Part shown: positions 1-12,777 of the stretch, piece by piece
How positions within the stretch are numbered: the first letter of the stretch is position 1
Layout of the letters: every line of letters begins with the position of its first letter
Assembly (NCBI GenBank): GCA_964106915.2
Contig: OZ066926.1
DNA: 64,000 nucleotides
From: Podarcis gaigeae
Taxonomy: Eukaryota
Strand: one strand, 5' to 3'
Position numbers and translations under genes: made by a program
Notes under the pieces: model-generated
What the model was told of the DNA's origin: nothing
The model's input: only the letters and a program-made list of their open reading frames with translations
Database searches by the model: none

Positions 1-1523
1 GGGACCATTTATTTCTTCACTTGCTGGGTGACCAGACACAAGAGACTGCCTCTGATCATGTGCCGAATTCGCAACCATTGAATTGTCATAGCAAGCCCCT
101 ATGAATCAGAAGGGGCAGGGATTGGATTTCAGAGAAGAGGTCTGTGGCTTCTGCAGAAATTTAAGCTTATTTTAACTTTAAGTACTTAGTACATGTCTAC
201 ACCACAGGTGTGAACTGGTTTCACAGTCATTCCCTTTCTGCAAGCCTGGATCTTAGGAGTCTGTGAGATCTCAAACAGAATACTCTGCCAGGTCGCCAAA
301 CTAAAATTCCCAGGATCCTTTGGGGGAAGCCATGAATGTTAAGCAGGTATAGAGCTAATATAAATTTGAAGTGGACCCATATCCTTGTTAGTTTTGTGTG
401 AAGATTGCTGTTCCACTGTGCCTCATCAACACATTGCACCCTTCGAGACTATTGCTGTTTTCGAGAGGGATTCAGTCAACATACTGACCAATTCAGGTTG
501 CAGCATGAAAGATGACTTGGTGCTCCTGTGAAACAAACCTGCTTCCCCCAAAACCACTTTCTTTTGCAATAAAGAAAATGTCTGCACTGGAAAGTGTGGG
601 ATAACATTTGCTTGATGCAATGACATCTAACCTCTATGCAGACAAACCAGAATGAATGCTCAATAAATAGCAAATGTCATCTGACGTCCCCATCAACTTT
701 GTGCAAATAGATCAAGGTGTGTGCTCAATAAATAGATTGTCTAGAAGCGACTATTGTGTGAGGATACACCGTGCAGGTTTTAAACAAAACTTGGCTTATT
801 TTCTTAATTCCTTTACAGCAGAGCACCCAGACTTTCTCTTTCATCTTTCCTTCTTTCTTCAGTTTATTCCCACACCCGCCTCCACACCCTCAGTATCCTG
901 GAAGGCCCAGTTAACCAAGTTTAAGGGGATGACTAAAAAGCAGTTATTGGCAAGAACTTGGGCACTTGGTGGTAAGTGATCATTTGGCTCCACCTGTAAT
1001 GATACAGAAGGTATCGGCAAATTTGCAAATAGGCCACACATTTATGAAGCTGAAGTACTAAACAGATGAGATCTAAGGTCTTGCAAGCCAACTGTACAGA
1101 AGTGGCCTAAGGCTACACACCTTAGGCATATTCTTCTCCTACAAAGAATCCTGGGAACTATAATTTGCTAAGGGTGCTAGGGATTGTAGCTCTGTGAGGT
1201 TCCCAGAATTATTTTTTTTTGGGGGGGAAGCATGTGCTTTAACTTTATGGAATTCAGAATTTACCAAAAGAGAAGAGTCATCCCAAGCATAGAATATGAG
1301 GCATCTTGTTTTAGCTTTTGCACAGATTTAGTAACGTTGCCAACCAAACAGAAAAGGGGAAAGCAATATATTCCACCATTGTATACCTTGCAGTTCTTAC
1401 TTTGGGTTCTTCCTCGGACAAGCCCAGATCTCCAGCCTTGCCAACCACTGTGGAGTTTTGCCCAGACCCATCAAAATTTCACAAGTAGCAATGGGAACAC
1501 ATTTAAATCTGAAATGCCTTGAG

Positions 1524-1680
1524 CAGTGCTATTTTTCCAGGGGGGTGAGTACGCAGGGATATGCATACCCCTAAACATTTTGTGAATCTAAGTTTGGCCT
1601 CATTGAGGGGCAGTATTTCAATATGAGTAGGAAAATGAGAAGACACCTAAATATATATTTTTTTAGGAAAAAAAGCCCTG
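1524..1680. mobile_element. hAT MITE
   Basis: TIR CAGTGCTATTTTTCC...GGAAAAAAAGCCCTG; TSD GCCTTGAG/GCCTTGTG. Confidence 0.75.
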
Positions 1681-2610
1681 GCCTTGTGTATATTTTAATG
1701 GGAGACAGAAAAGTGAAGAGAGAGCCTTCCCCCCCCCCCCCAGGATGTGTACACATCATACCTTATCAGTATTGTTATATATTTATTTATACCCCAACTT
1801 TCCCCCTCAAGGTGGCTTAGAGATAAAATAAAAGCAGCTAAAAACATGGGGTTTTAAAAAAAAAATTATATTTGCACACCATCCGTATCTCTGAGCAGTG
1901 TGAGATTCCAGGGGTTCCAAGTGCTTACCCAGGGTTCAAACTTCTCGGAGTGAGGGACAGCAGAGACTGCAGTGTCTTTAGGATATGTTATTTCGTTATC
2001 CTACTACAGAACTACAATTCCCAGCACCCACTGCAAACTACAGTTCCTAGGGTTCTTTTGTGAGGGTGGGAATGAGTTTTGTATATGATTTAAAGGTATG
2101 CTGTATATACAATGTCAGACAAATGCTGAGTTTAGCCAACCTAGTTTTTCATTTGAATTACACATGTGCAAGATTCAAGCACCAAAATACAGTGTAACTT
2201 ATCAAAACAGCGCCCAGGTGTGTTTTTCTTTGCTTTGCTGTTTTTGGCCTCCTATAAATACTAATTTTGGCTGGCAGAGACTATTAATATTGGGGTCATC
2301 TTGTACCTGGTTTGACAGCCTTATTGATTTGCTGGGTACTCCTTTCCATTGCAGAGAATCCTGGATTCTTATTCTCCAGATTTCTCACGTCTACATCTCT
2401 TTATCACGCCCTGTCTCTCACCCAGTCCAAAATATTCCGCCCCCATCCCAGACATTCAGAAGACTGCAAGATATAGTTCCCAAGTAAAGATGGATGATAA
2501 AACAGCACCAGGGAAACAGACTGATTGGGAATGTGAGCTTCAGTGTTCTCTACCCCAGTAGCAGTCGGGTGTACATGGTTAGAAATTAACTACTGTACAG
2601 TAGAATAAAA

Positions 2611-2950
2611 GGGGCGCGGGTGGCGCTGTGGGTTAAACCACAGAGCCTAGGACTTGCCGATCGGAAGGTCGGTGGTTCGAATCCCCGCGACAGGGTGAGC
2701 TTCCGTTGCTCGGTCCCTGCTCCTGCCAACCTAGCAGTTTGAAAGCACGTCAAAGTGCAAGTAGATAAATAGGTACCGCTCCGGCGGGAAGGTAAACGGC
2801 GTTTCCGTGTGCTGCTCTGGTTCGCCAGAAGCTGGCCACATGACCCACAAGTTATACGCCGGCTCTCTCGGCCAATAAAGTGAGATGAGTGCCGCAACCC
2901 CAGAGTCGGTCACGACTGGACCTAATGGTCAGGGGTCCCTTTACCTTTAC
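2611..2950 (+). mobile_element. Sauria SINE (Squam1/POM-like), full length
   Basis: tRNA-like head (GGTGGCGCTGTGG, GGTTCGAATCC), BovB-like 3' motif GAGTCGGTCACGACT and ACCTTT tail. TSD TACAGTAGAATAA at 2596-2608 and 2952-2964. Confidence 0.9.
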
Positions 2951-4989
2951 TTACAGTAGAATAAGAATAATAAAAGAGAATAATAAACAGACAAACAAAC
3001 AAACAACAACAACAACAATAAACTGGTTATACAATCCTACGCATGTCTGCCTAGAAGTAAGCCCCATTGAATTCACTGGGACATGATGCTTCCAGACAAC
3101 CTGTTTATTGAGCATTCATCCCGATTTGTCCGCAGGGAGACAGAAGATGTTGGCTACTTAATGAGCATTCATTCAGATTTATTTGGGGGGGGGGGGATGG
3201 AGTTGGATGACGAGTCAAAGCAAAGGTTATCTCACCTTTTGCACTGTGTTTCCCGATCACCTTCCTTATTGCAAAAAGCCCGATCTTTGGGGAAGGGGCT
3301 TTGTTGCACAAGATCTCGCAACCAGCAAGAATTGTGCTACCTGGATTTGCCGGTACATGGTTGAATCCCACCTGGAAATAAGGATAAGTCTGGAAGCGCC
3401 TTTATTTTCAAGTAAGTGAAATTGGATCCTGGTCTTATATAAGAACCTAAGGTGGGCCTGCTGAATCAGGAAAGTGGCTCATCTTGTCCAGCATCCTGTT
3501 CTCACAGCGGCTGACCAGATGGGAAACCTGCAAGCTGGACTCAAGCGTAACCACCACCCTGCCTACCTGTGATTCCTAGCAACTGGTATTCAGAGGTCGC
3601 AGGCCTCTGGCAGAGGTGATGGGACATGGCTGTTGGAGCTTGAAAGCCTCTTTTGCTCTCTGTGCCTTTCCTAAAAATTCTGGAAGCCTTGACTGCCTCC
3701 ACTAGCCAATATTTTCTGAAAACTACACCAAACTCGCTACAGCCCTGATGGAGAGAACCCAGACGTCCTCCTGACTCGAAGGACCTTTCCTGCTGTTTGA
3801 GTCTATGGTTCTCTGCTGCACAACTGCTGAATCCAAAGAGTGGTAGCTTATAGCCCCCAAGCCAGCAGTGCCTATTCTCTTGCTAGAGTGCCCTTGATGG
3901 GTGGGAAGCAATCTATCCTAACAGTATCCATGGATACCATTTATAAAATATTGGTGAGAGCTTTAACTCCACCCCCCCCCCCCACCTTGAGGCCTAGAGA
4001 ATAGTGGAGATGCAGATAAGATAGGCAATGCCATCTTCAGTGACCTTGGAGCCAAATTTGTAAAATAAGGAGTGTGCTTTACCATGGTAGATAACTGAAA
4101 CATGGAAAAGCTTCAGGAATGGTCTGGTTAATTTTTCACAGCTATGATAGCTGGCTGGGTAAATAGATCTTTTCTTTTTTCTTTCCTTTTCCAGATTGTG
4201 CTGAATATTGATACCTGCACTGTTTCTGGTGAGTTTTTACTTTATAACTAGTGTGTTCAAGATGCTTTTTCTTTGCCATCTTTTGTCTCACTTGCCTGAT
4301 AGCATCTGCTTGACACTATATGACCTGACCGATATGGTCAAACCCATCTGAATTTCCGTTTTTTGGGGGGTGGGGGGTGGGGAGTTGCTTTTGTTCAGTT
4401 CTTTCAGCTGTCTCATCATGCGACTCATTCAGCCATTTTGTTTGCTAGGTAAGAACTTTGCTTGGGAAATAAAGCAAAATAAATAAAGAAAAATTTACAT
4501 CTGGTTTAGAGAGCCTTGGACGCAGGAGGAATTTGATGGGCAGATGGCTCATTTGGGGATGAATGAATGAATGAATGAATGAGTATATGTCTGGGTGTAG
4601 GTAGTTAGGTGAATGAATAGATGGAGGAGGGAAAGTGAGGTAGGTCGACTGGCTGGTGAGGGTTTATGAATGGATGGAGTGTAGGTTTTGGAATGGCTGG
4701 ATAGACACAGGGAGATGAATGGATACTACCAGGAGAGACACTAGGGGTGCTAATGGAAAGAGGGGTAGAATGTTTTAATTCATAGGATGTTATGTTTAAA
4801 GATCAACTGGTTAACTAGTAGATGGGTTGGTAGAATATGTTTATGGTGAAAGATGGTTGAGTTAAGAGTTTGAACAAGATAGAGAAAGACTTGACCTTAT
4901 TATCCTAATAGGAGCCTAAGTAACATCCATCAGTTTTCTGTATCCTTTTCATTGATGGAGGTTTCTCTTGTACCATCTGCCCAGCCATC

Positions 4990-5020
<31 letters not shown>

Positions 5021-6856
5021 GCAGTAGTATGGTAATATATAATCTGCTTTACTTGGGCTGCTTACAATGGCCCCATATCCCCATATAATAGAGCGGAATC
5101 ATAGTAAAGCACAATATCGGAGTAAAACAAATACTGTAACTACAACGGGAATTGAGAAACTGAACAAGGGTTTCAAAACAACCACCCCCAAGACCTCTGA
5201 TAAGCAAATGCAACGCACTTCTCCTTATTCAAGGTGATGCTCTAAACGCCTTTCTCAGTCAAAAGGTCTTGTACATGACCTCCCCCCCCCCCCAGCTCTT
5301 CTCTGTTTCTTCCTGCCCAGAGTCAACTGTATCAGCAGGTTCAAAATCTCTAGTCAAAAGCCACTTCCAACTGCCACTTTGAAGACTATGCAAGCTCAGA
5401 AATGCTGAGGACTGAGACCCATATTATGCAGCTGGTTCTGAATCCAAGGCCCTCTAGACTGGACAATCAAGCACCCAGATAGACTCTAGAAGTACTGGTA
5501 GGTAGGTTTCTTTACCTGCTAGGTGCAGCTCCCCTCTCACATAGGACCCCAGAGACTCCCCCCCACCCCCGCCATCTTAACCTAATGTAAATCTGTATAA
5601 CCCTTTCTTTCCAAGAGAAGCCAGGAGTTCTGCCTTTCAGCATTGGAACACTCCCTGTTGTAAGCCACAGGACTTGACTTCCTTTATGCAGAACCCAGGA
5701 GTCCCAGGAAGCAAAGCCAGGAAGGGCTCCCCACATCCCACTATCAAAACCCCTCTCCTTCTTTAACAGGGACTTTGATGCTTTGCATTTTCGGAGGTTG
5801 TCCCCCCCCCCCCAAATATTCTGGTGATTCTTCTAACAAGAAAATATCTCTTGTCAGTGGCAAATGGCCAGATGGGAGATGGATCTGAACCCTGGAAAGC
5901 CAAATTGGCATTTTGTTGGGGTGTGCGTAGCCCCCCCCCTTTTGCAGAATAAGGCCTTAACCTTTCCAGCCAAACTCTTGGAAAGGTGGTCTGCGGTGAT
6001 GATACCTCCCCCCCCCCCCATCTTCTTATTAAAGGCATGGCTGATTCGAAGCCTCAATGCAAAATGCCGGGAAGAGCTGGCACCTGAGTGGCAGCACCGT
6101 GCACAGTTCAACCTAACACTGACATGGGCATCTCTTCCTTTGCTTGATTTCCTCCAAGCCCTCCCTACTGAATTCTCCATTCATTCAACAGCTGCTCCCA
6201 ATCGGCAGTTCTTTTCAGTAAGGCCAAAAAAACCCAGCATCGCTGGAAATTTCAACCAGCCTCCCCTCGTCCGCCCCCCCTCCCCAGTATTCTCAAGCCA
6301 TGCTGCCATTCCCAACGTGTGTATGTTTTTTTCCTTGTCTCCCAAAACAGGGGGAAGGGGGGAAGTGTAAGAAAATAAAAGAGGGGGGAAATGCAATGCA
6401 AAAACCTGGCTGGTATACAATTCAAACCCACCTTCAATGTCTTGTTTCCCCCTCTTCCACATGCAAGCCTGTGTGTGCAAGCAGTAAACGTGGAGGGAAA
6501 TTCACCAAAAGAAAGAAATCCACAGGAGAGGGACACCAAAGTATGGTGCCAAGGGAAATTTATTCCAGCAGATCTGTTGCATATATGCTTTAGCAAAGGC
6601 AGTCCGGAGGTGGACATCACCTGAAGCGAAGAGGGAAAAGGCAGTGCCTGGGAGGACCAGAAATTCATTCTAGCAACTGGGGAGTTGTGGATTTATTCCT
6701 TGGTGCATGAGAGAGAATCATGACATAGTTGTAAAATCCTTCTCTTGTAAATCACAGGCATATTCCACCACCACCACCCCCAGCTACTGAATGTCTTGCA
6801 CATATATCTTTTGCAGAACAAGGGGGGGAATATTGATAGAGACAGACAGACAGACA

Positions 6857-6910
<54 letters not shown>

Positions 6911-7034
6911 CTAGCAGGCTTACCTTGCAAAAAAAGGGGGGGTCTGTTTTCCAAAGGTGTCACACGCTGGGGGTGGTGAGAGACAGCTTCTCTTTTTGTC
7001 CCCCCACCTAGCAGTGGGTTGTTGGTGGCACCAA

Positions 7035-7140
7035 CCAGAGAAGATTCTGCGAAATGGCGTTTTATATCGAGGGGTATTTTGCTGTATAGGAGAGAGATGC
7101 TAGCATGCTGTTATTATGTCATTGGGAGAAACCATTGGAC
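7035..7140 (-). promoter_or_regulatory. Candidate Pol II core promoter: two CCAAT boxes plus TATAAAA
   Basis: Minus-strand CCAAT at 7138-7134 and 7125-7121, TATAAAA at 7066-7060, and YY1-like CGCCATTT at 7059-7052. A strong donor AAG|GTAAGC follows at 6924/6923. Confidence 0.5.
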
Positions 7141-10100
7141 GAAGGAAAAAAAGAAGCAGCAAGCGAAAGAGGCTGGTTAAAGGAACGGAGAGGCATATGG
7201 GGTTGGGATGTGTGTATGTAGGGGAGGGGAGGATGGGGGGGGCTGTGTGATGCCAGAGCGTTGTTAGGCATTGTGTGTGTGTGTGTGTTTCTGCATTGGG
7301 CCGCCACGCATACCAGAATGGATTGCTTACTGTGTGTTGTGTGGATGGATCACTTGAGCATTGTTGTGAGCTGCAGTGTTTGTGTGTGTGTGATGAGCAA
7401 ACAGTGGGGCTTGGGGTGGTGTCACACAAGTGTTGTTGTGAGCGTTGTTGTTGTTGTTGTTGTGCATATGCATCCTTCTTTTCTGTGCTGCAACCCCTCC
7501 CTACACAGTATATTTGGAGCTATAACGTGACAAGACATGATCTTCTTGCTTACATGTTCCTATGTATGTTCTCCAATGGTTATATACCCTAAAGTGTTGC
7601 ATTTGTAACATTGCATTGTGTGTCGGGTGAAGTATACAAATAAATATTGGTGGGGGGGGTATGTCTTTCTGAGTTTTCTTAGACAAGTCTCCATTGGCTG
7701 CCGTTACATTACAACTGGTCATATTGGATTGTACTGGCTCGGATGCAACATCCAGAATGGGTACATCATTGTTGTATGTTGTGCATCACTTTCATCTGGA
7801 TAATGCATGATGCGCTGGTTGTGTGCCACTGCATGTTGGTTGCACTTTAGATTATGTCCATTGCCTGTGACTTTCCACCATTTTTTATTACTGCATCACT
7901 GTCATATAGCACTATGCTGTAGTATGGGTGTATTTGGGTGTTTTGTTGAACTCCCGCTGGTGCTCCTCTTGGACTGGCCTCAATATCACATCTGGGTTTG
8001 CATTCAGGTCTGCTTGGGGGCTTCCCATAGACATCTCACTGGCCTCTGTGAGAACAGGATGCTGGACCAGATGGCCTGATCCTGTAACGTTTGTGACAGC
8101 CCTATATTATCCAGCATCTATATAATCTGGTTCAAAGGCCAGAACCTGTAGATGTTCTTTCCTTCACCACAGTCCTGGAAGGTAGGTTAGAATAAGAGGG
8201 AAATGCTTGACCAAGGCCATGGAGGGAGTTCCATGACTGAGTGAGGATTTGGACCCGTGTCTCTAACATCAGGCGTTCCAAACCCAAAGTGTCCACTTGT
8301 TGTTTGAGTGATTAAATGTGCAGGCATCTTAATTGGTCCTTTGAGAGAAATTGAGTCCTTCCCATACAGTGGTAGCAGGTGCCTTTTGGGACCGAGAGCC
8401 CAAACAGTAGGTAGTGTTAAATCCAATGACTCGCAGAGCCAACTAACTCTAGTTTTGCACCCATCCTCTTCCCTGCTGAGTTCTACAGGGGCAATTCTGA
8501 GAGAAAAGGGGGAGGAACCTGCCAGCCTCTGAACAGGGGGTTGCCTGAGAACAGACTAAGGTTGGTGAGGCAATGTCTCCGTTGCCCTCATGAACCAGCC
8601 TCCACTGTCCCCCGTACATATTGCCCTAATGCCTTCACAACCTCCACCCGCCAGCTCACTGTGTATTCCCTGCCTCAGAACTTCATATATTTAGCCACCC
8701 AGAAGTGGGTGGCTAACCTGTGGCTCACCAGATGTTGCTGAGCTGCAGTTCCAATAATCCAGTGATTATTGGCTATGATGGCTTGAGCTGATGGGGGTAT
8801 CTGGGGTGAGGAGCACAGGTTAAGCACCCTTGCTCTAAACAGTAGCTATTTACTCTGCAATGTAGAGTCACAAACAATCAGCAGTTCCTGCTGTGATTTA
8901 TGTTTCTGGATTTTTCATCATGCAAGGTATGTTGGTTATTTACTGATTCAACAATGTCTAGTCTACCTGCATCAGAACATGAGCTCAAAGTGGCACATTC
9001 AGTTTTCCCCTCCTCATTGAACAACAACCCTGCAGGGTAGGTTAGACTGAGAGGCAGTGAATGGCCCAAGGTCACCCATTGAACTCTGATAATGCCTCTT
9101 CCTTACCTGACATGTGACCGCCCCCCCCCCCAACACCAAAGGTTGCCCAGAAGGGAATGTGGCTCTTGGAGTTAAAAGGGCTCCCCAAGCCTTTTCTAAA
9201 GGCATCTAAAGTAGGTGGGGCTTGTTGAAGAAAGTGTTACATAATTATGGAGGAGCCACTCCTAGGAAGGTCCTGCTATGAGATCTTGCAAAGTGGGCAG
9301 GTTTCTTGGTGGAGGGCCTTTTCCAAATTTTTGGTGGGTCTTGGTGGATGGGAAGACTCCCAATGGGTATAGAAGGCTCAGGCTGTGGGTTAAAAAATAA
9401 TAATCATACTTTGAATTGCACCCAGAAATAAAGAAGCAAGCAGTACAGTATTGCTGCACTGCAGAATAGTTCCTGGTCATGCACAGAAACCCGGTATGCC
9501 TATGGTTTGTACACACTTGCGAGGTCTATTCTGAAGCCCTGTATGGATGTTGTATGGATCACGGGTTCCTGACTTCCACAAGTTGTCTGATACTACCTGA
9601 TAGAGCAGGGCATCTGGAGGGTTCTCAATCTGTGAAGAGGAGCCCTGACAATTCAGGGATCCTGATGGCATGAAGAGATCCATCTTTGCATACAGTTGAA
9701 CATGAGAGGGCTCTTTCAAACATGTAGAGGTCAAGGAGGAGCATGCGATTCACTCCCCTTGTATGTAGTCACGTAGTATCCAGAGCAGGGTTTGGCAGTC
9801 TATTCAATATGCAGGTTTTGCAATGGAACCTGTCACTGCAGTCCTCATTTCATTCCTCCCTGTGTGCATACAGTCTCTCTGGATTTGTCATCTGAAGGCT
9901 TCAGGACGGGATGAGATCAAGTGGACAGGAGCGGATGAGCTGTTACATATGTATAAGCACATTCACCTGTGTCCATCTTTCTGTGCTACCATGTAAACTA
10001 CACTCAAAACATTTGACAGAGGCTGGAATATGCAGTGATTCAGCAGAGTGCTCCAGCCCTTGAATGTGAACTTGTCCTTTCCAGGCTTGGCTTCACCAGC

Positions 10101-12419
10101 TCCTCTCCTCTGTGTGACCCCAGGGGTCCCGCAGGTGACAGTGGCCCACCCACCCACCGTGCTCACTTCTCCTACACAATCTAGACTGAGCTTTTCACGA
10201 GCAAAAGGAAGACAGAGGGCTATAAAGAGGAATGGACTTGTGCAGGAATCAAGGGTAGATTGTATACTTATCTGCCATACCTTGCATTGTTTGGGACTTG
10301 CATTGCTGGCTGGGGCTGATGGAAGATGCAGTCCAATGCCATCTGGGACATCAGTTACCCTTCCATATCAATGTGCATTGTTAGCACGTCCACCATGATG
10401 GTGGAGGGAGTCAGGTGGAATCTGTCTAGCAGCAGAATCTGTGTCTGGAGCTTCTCTCAGCACATGACCACCCTGCCTTCCCTGCTTTGGTCATGCTAGA
10501 TTGTGACAAAGAGACATAAGCCAGGAACTGGGTGATTAATCAGAGTGACCAATACAAGTCATCATCACAGTGTACTGATTATAGTTGGTTATGTGTGCTG
10601 TTCTGTGGTGTTTTGATGTGTACTGTTGCACATAATGCATCCTTACATTGTGCCGTGCACTATGTATTACATTTGTGCAGAGTATATGGTTGTATACCTG
10701 TGATAAATGTCATTGCCACGGGTTACTGCATCTCCCTTCTCTGTTGTGCTGCAGTGTGTGAGCTATTACACAACACTGCGTTAGTGTAACGCAAAGCAGG
10801 TGTGTACTATACGTTTTGTGCTGTTCGTTGCAGTAGCATTGCAAATTGTTAATTACTTAGGAATAGTGGTGTGTGGCATTTTTGTGTGTTTTATTGTCAG
10901 CTATGTATCTATCAGGCTGCGTTGTTCTACATAAATCCATGGGCCTTGGGGGCTATGCATGCCTTATGCTCACTGTTGATGGTGCCTGTTGCATATCCCT
11001 GTGCAGTGTGCACATGCAAACTGCATTGTCGTTGTGCGTGACTATCTGCCTGTTGTGTTTGCGTCACCGTGCACTAAAGTTGTGCACAGCCTTGCTGCCG
11101 CATTGCATAGCACCGGTGTCCCCTCGGCATAACTTAGAACTATCCAGGGTTGCCCACAGCGCACACTGCTGCACAGTGTGGATTGCCCCTGTTCTTTTGG
11201 CATATGCTGCTGATGACTGTGAGCTCCAGACACAGCCGGGAAGCTGCTGCCTCCCTTCTCCCCCCTCCCTGCCCCGGTTGCCATGCCAATGCAGAATGCT
11301 GTATGTCTCTGTTCAGCAGATGCCAGTGCTCACAACTCCACCGCTCTCCCACCCAGAAGTCTAGGCTTGCAGGAGGAGTGGAAGGGAGGGGGGGTGATTC
11401 TGAGATTGTTGTGAAGAACTCCTTGTCTTCTCTCCTCCTCGGCTTTATTTGAGCGAGGGTTCAGCCCCACAACCTGTTTTGAATGTCAGAGCTCATCAGT
11501 CTGGGAACGGCACATTTCCCTCTTTGACAACGCTGCGTCAAAGCAACAGGGCTTGATGGCAATGTGGATCACAAAACATGTCAATAGAGGACAAGTCAAT
11601 TCGTTCAGTCAAACCCCTGAATGCACCATCCGTCACCCGTCAGTCTTGTGAAAGTTTGGCATTGTCTGCTGGGATAGCGGCCCTTGTAAGAAATAATAAC
11701 TCATGACAACAAAAAGGATATATATGTACATAGGCACAGACTTGATCCTATTCTATTCTTATGGACTGAGCTCCTCAAATACAAATGATGAGTTGCCAGT
11801 TCTGGGGTTCCACCCTAGGGAGATTATTAGGATGCTAGACTCTGAACAAGATAAAGCTACTGAATAGGGGAAGCCCAACTAATGCTCAACCAACAGCCAA
11901 AGTCATATTGCTGCCCCCTCCAACTTCATGCAAACAAATGAGGATGAATGTCCAATAAACAGGTTGCCCGGAAGCAACAAAAGTATACGTACACTATAGA
12001 TATGAAGCTCCTCCAGATGGCCTATTTATTGAGCATCCATCCTAATTTGCTTGCACAAAGCATACCCAGTATGTCCTGTCTTCAATGAGCATTTGTTCTG
12101 ATTTATTTGTGTGGAGGATAGTCAACAACAGACATTCATTCTGATTTATTTGCACAGAGGTTGCATTCCTTCCGGTCCATCAATCATTAACCCACACTTT
12201 TTAGCACATTTCTCTGTCACTTTCCTAACTGCGAAATATTTGATTTTTTTAAAAAGTGGATTTGTTCTTCCAAAATCCACTTTATTTGGGCAAACAAATT
12301 TTGGTATGCAGCTAAATCCCTCCATCAAGATAGTGACAGTTTGGAGGTGACCATGCAGTGTGATGTTTACTCAGAAGGAGATCCTGCTTTGTTCTGTGAA
12401 GTTTTCTCTTAGATATAGG

Positions 12420-12777
12420 TAAAGGTAAAGGTACCCCTGCCCGTACGGGCCAGTCTTGACAGACTCTGGGGTTGTGCGCCCATCTCACTCAAGAGGCCGG
12501 GGGCCAGCGCTGTCCGAAGACACTTCCGGGTCACGTGGCCAGCGTGACAAGCTGCATCTGGCGAGCCAGCGCAGCACACGGAACGCCGTTTACCTTCCCG
12601 CCAGTAAGCGGTCCCTATTTATCTACTTGCACCTGGAGGTGCTTTCGAACTGCTAGGTTGGCAGGCGCTGGGACCGAGCAACGGGAGCGCACCCCGCTGC
12701 GGGGATTCGAACCGCCAACCTTTCGATCGGCAAGCCCTAGGCGCTGAGGCTTTTACCCACAGCGCCACCCGCGTCCC
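12420..12777 (-). mobile_element. Sauria SINE, second subfamily, full length
   Basis: Reverse-complement homologue of 2611-2950. TSD CTTAGATATAGG at 12408-12419 and 12778-12789. Confidence 0.9.

Noticed and set aside
2501-2520. REST/NRSE-like AACAGCACCAGGGAAACAG
   Set aside because: It mismatches the conserved TTC start and GGACAG half-site; too weak to call.
2611-2690. tRNA-like A/B box sequences here and in other SINE heads
   Set aside because: They are SINE heads continuous with SINE bodies and do not form complete cloverleaves.
9200-9740. Possible old L2-like fragment
   Set aside because: Too degraded to define boundaries or family by eye.
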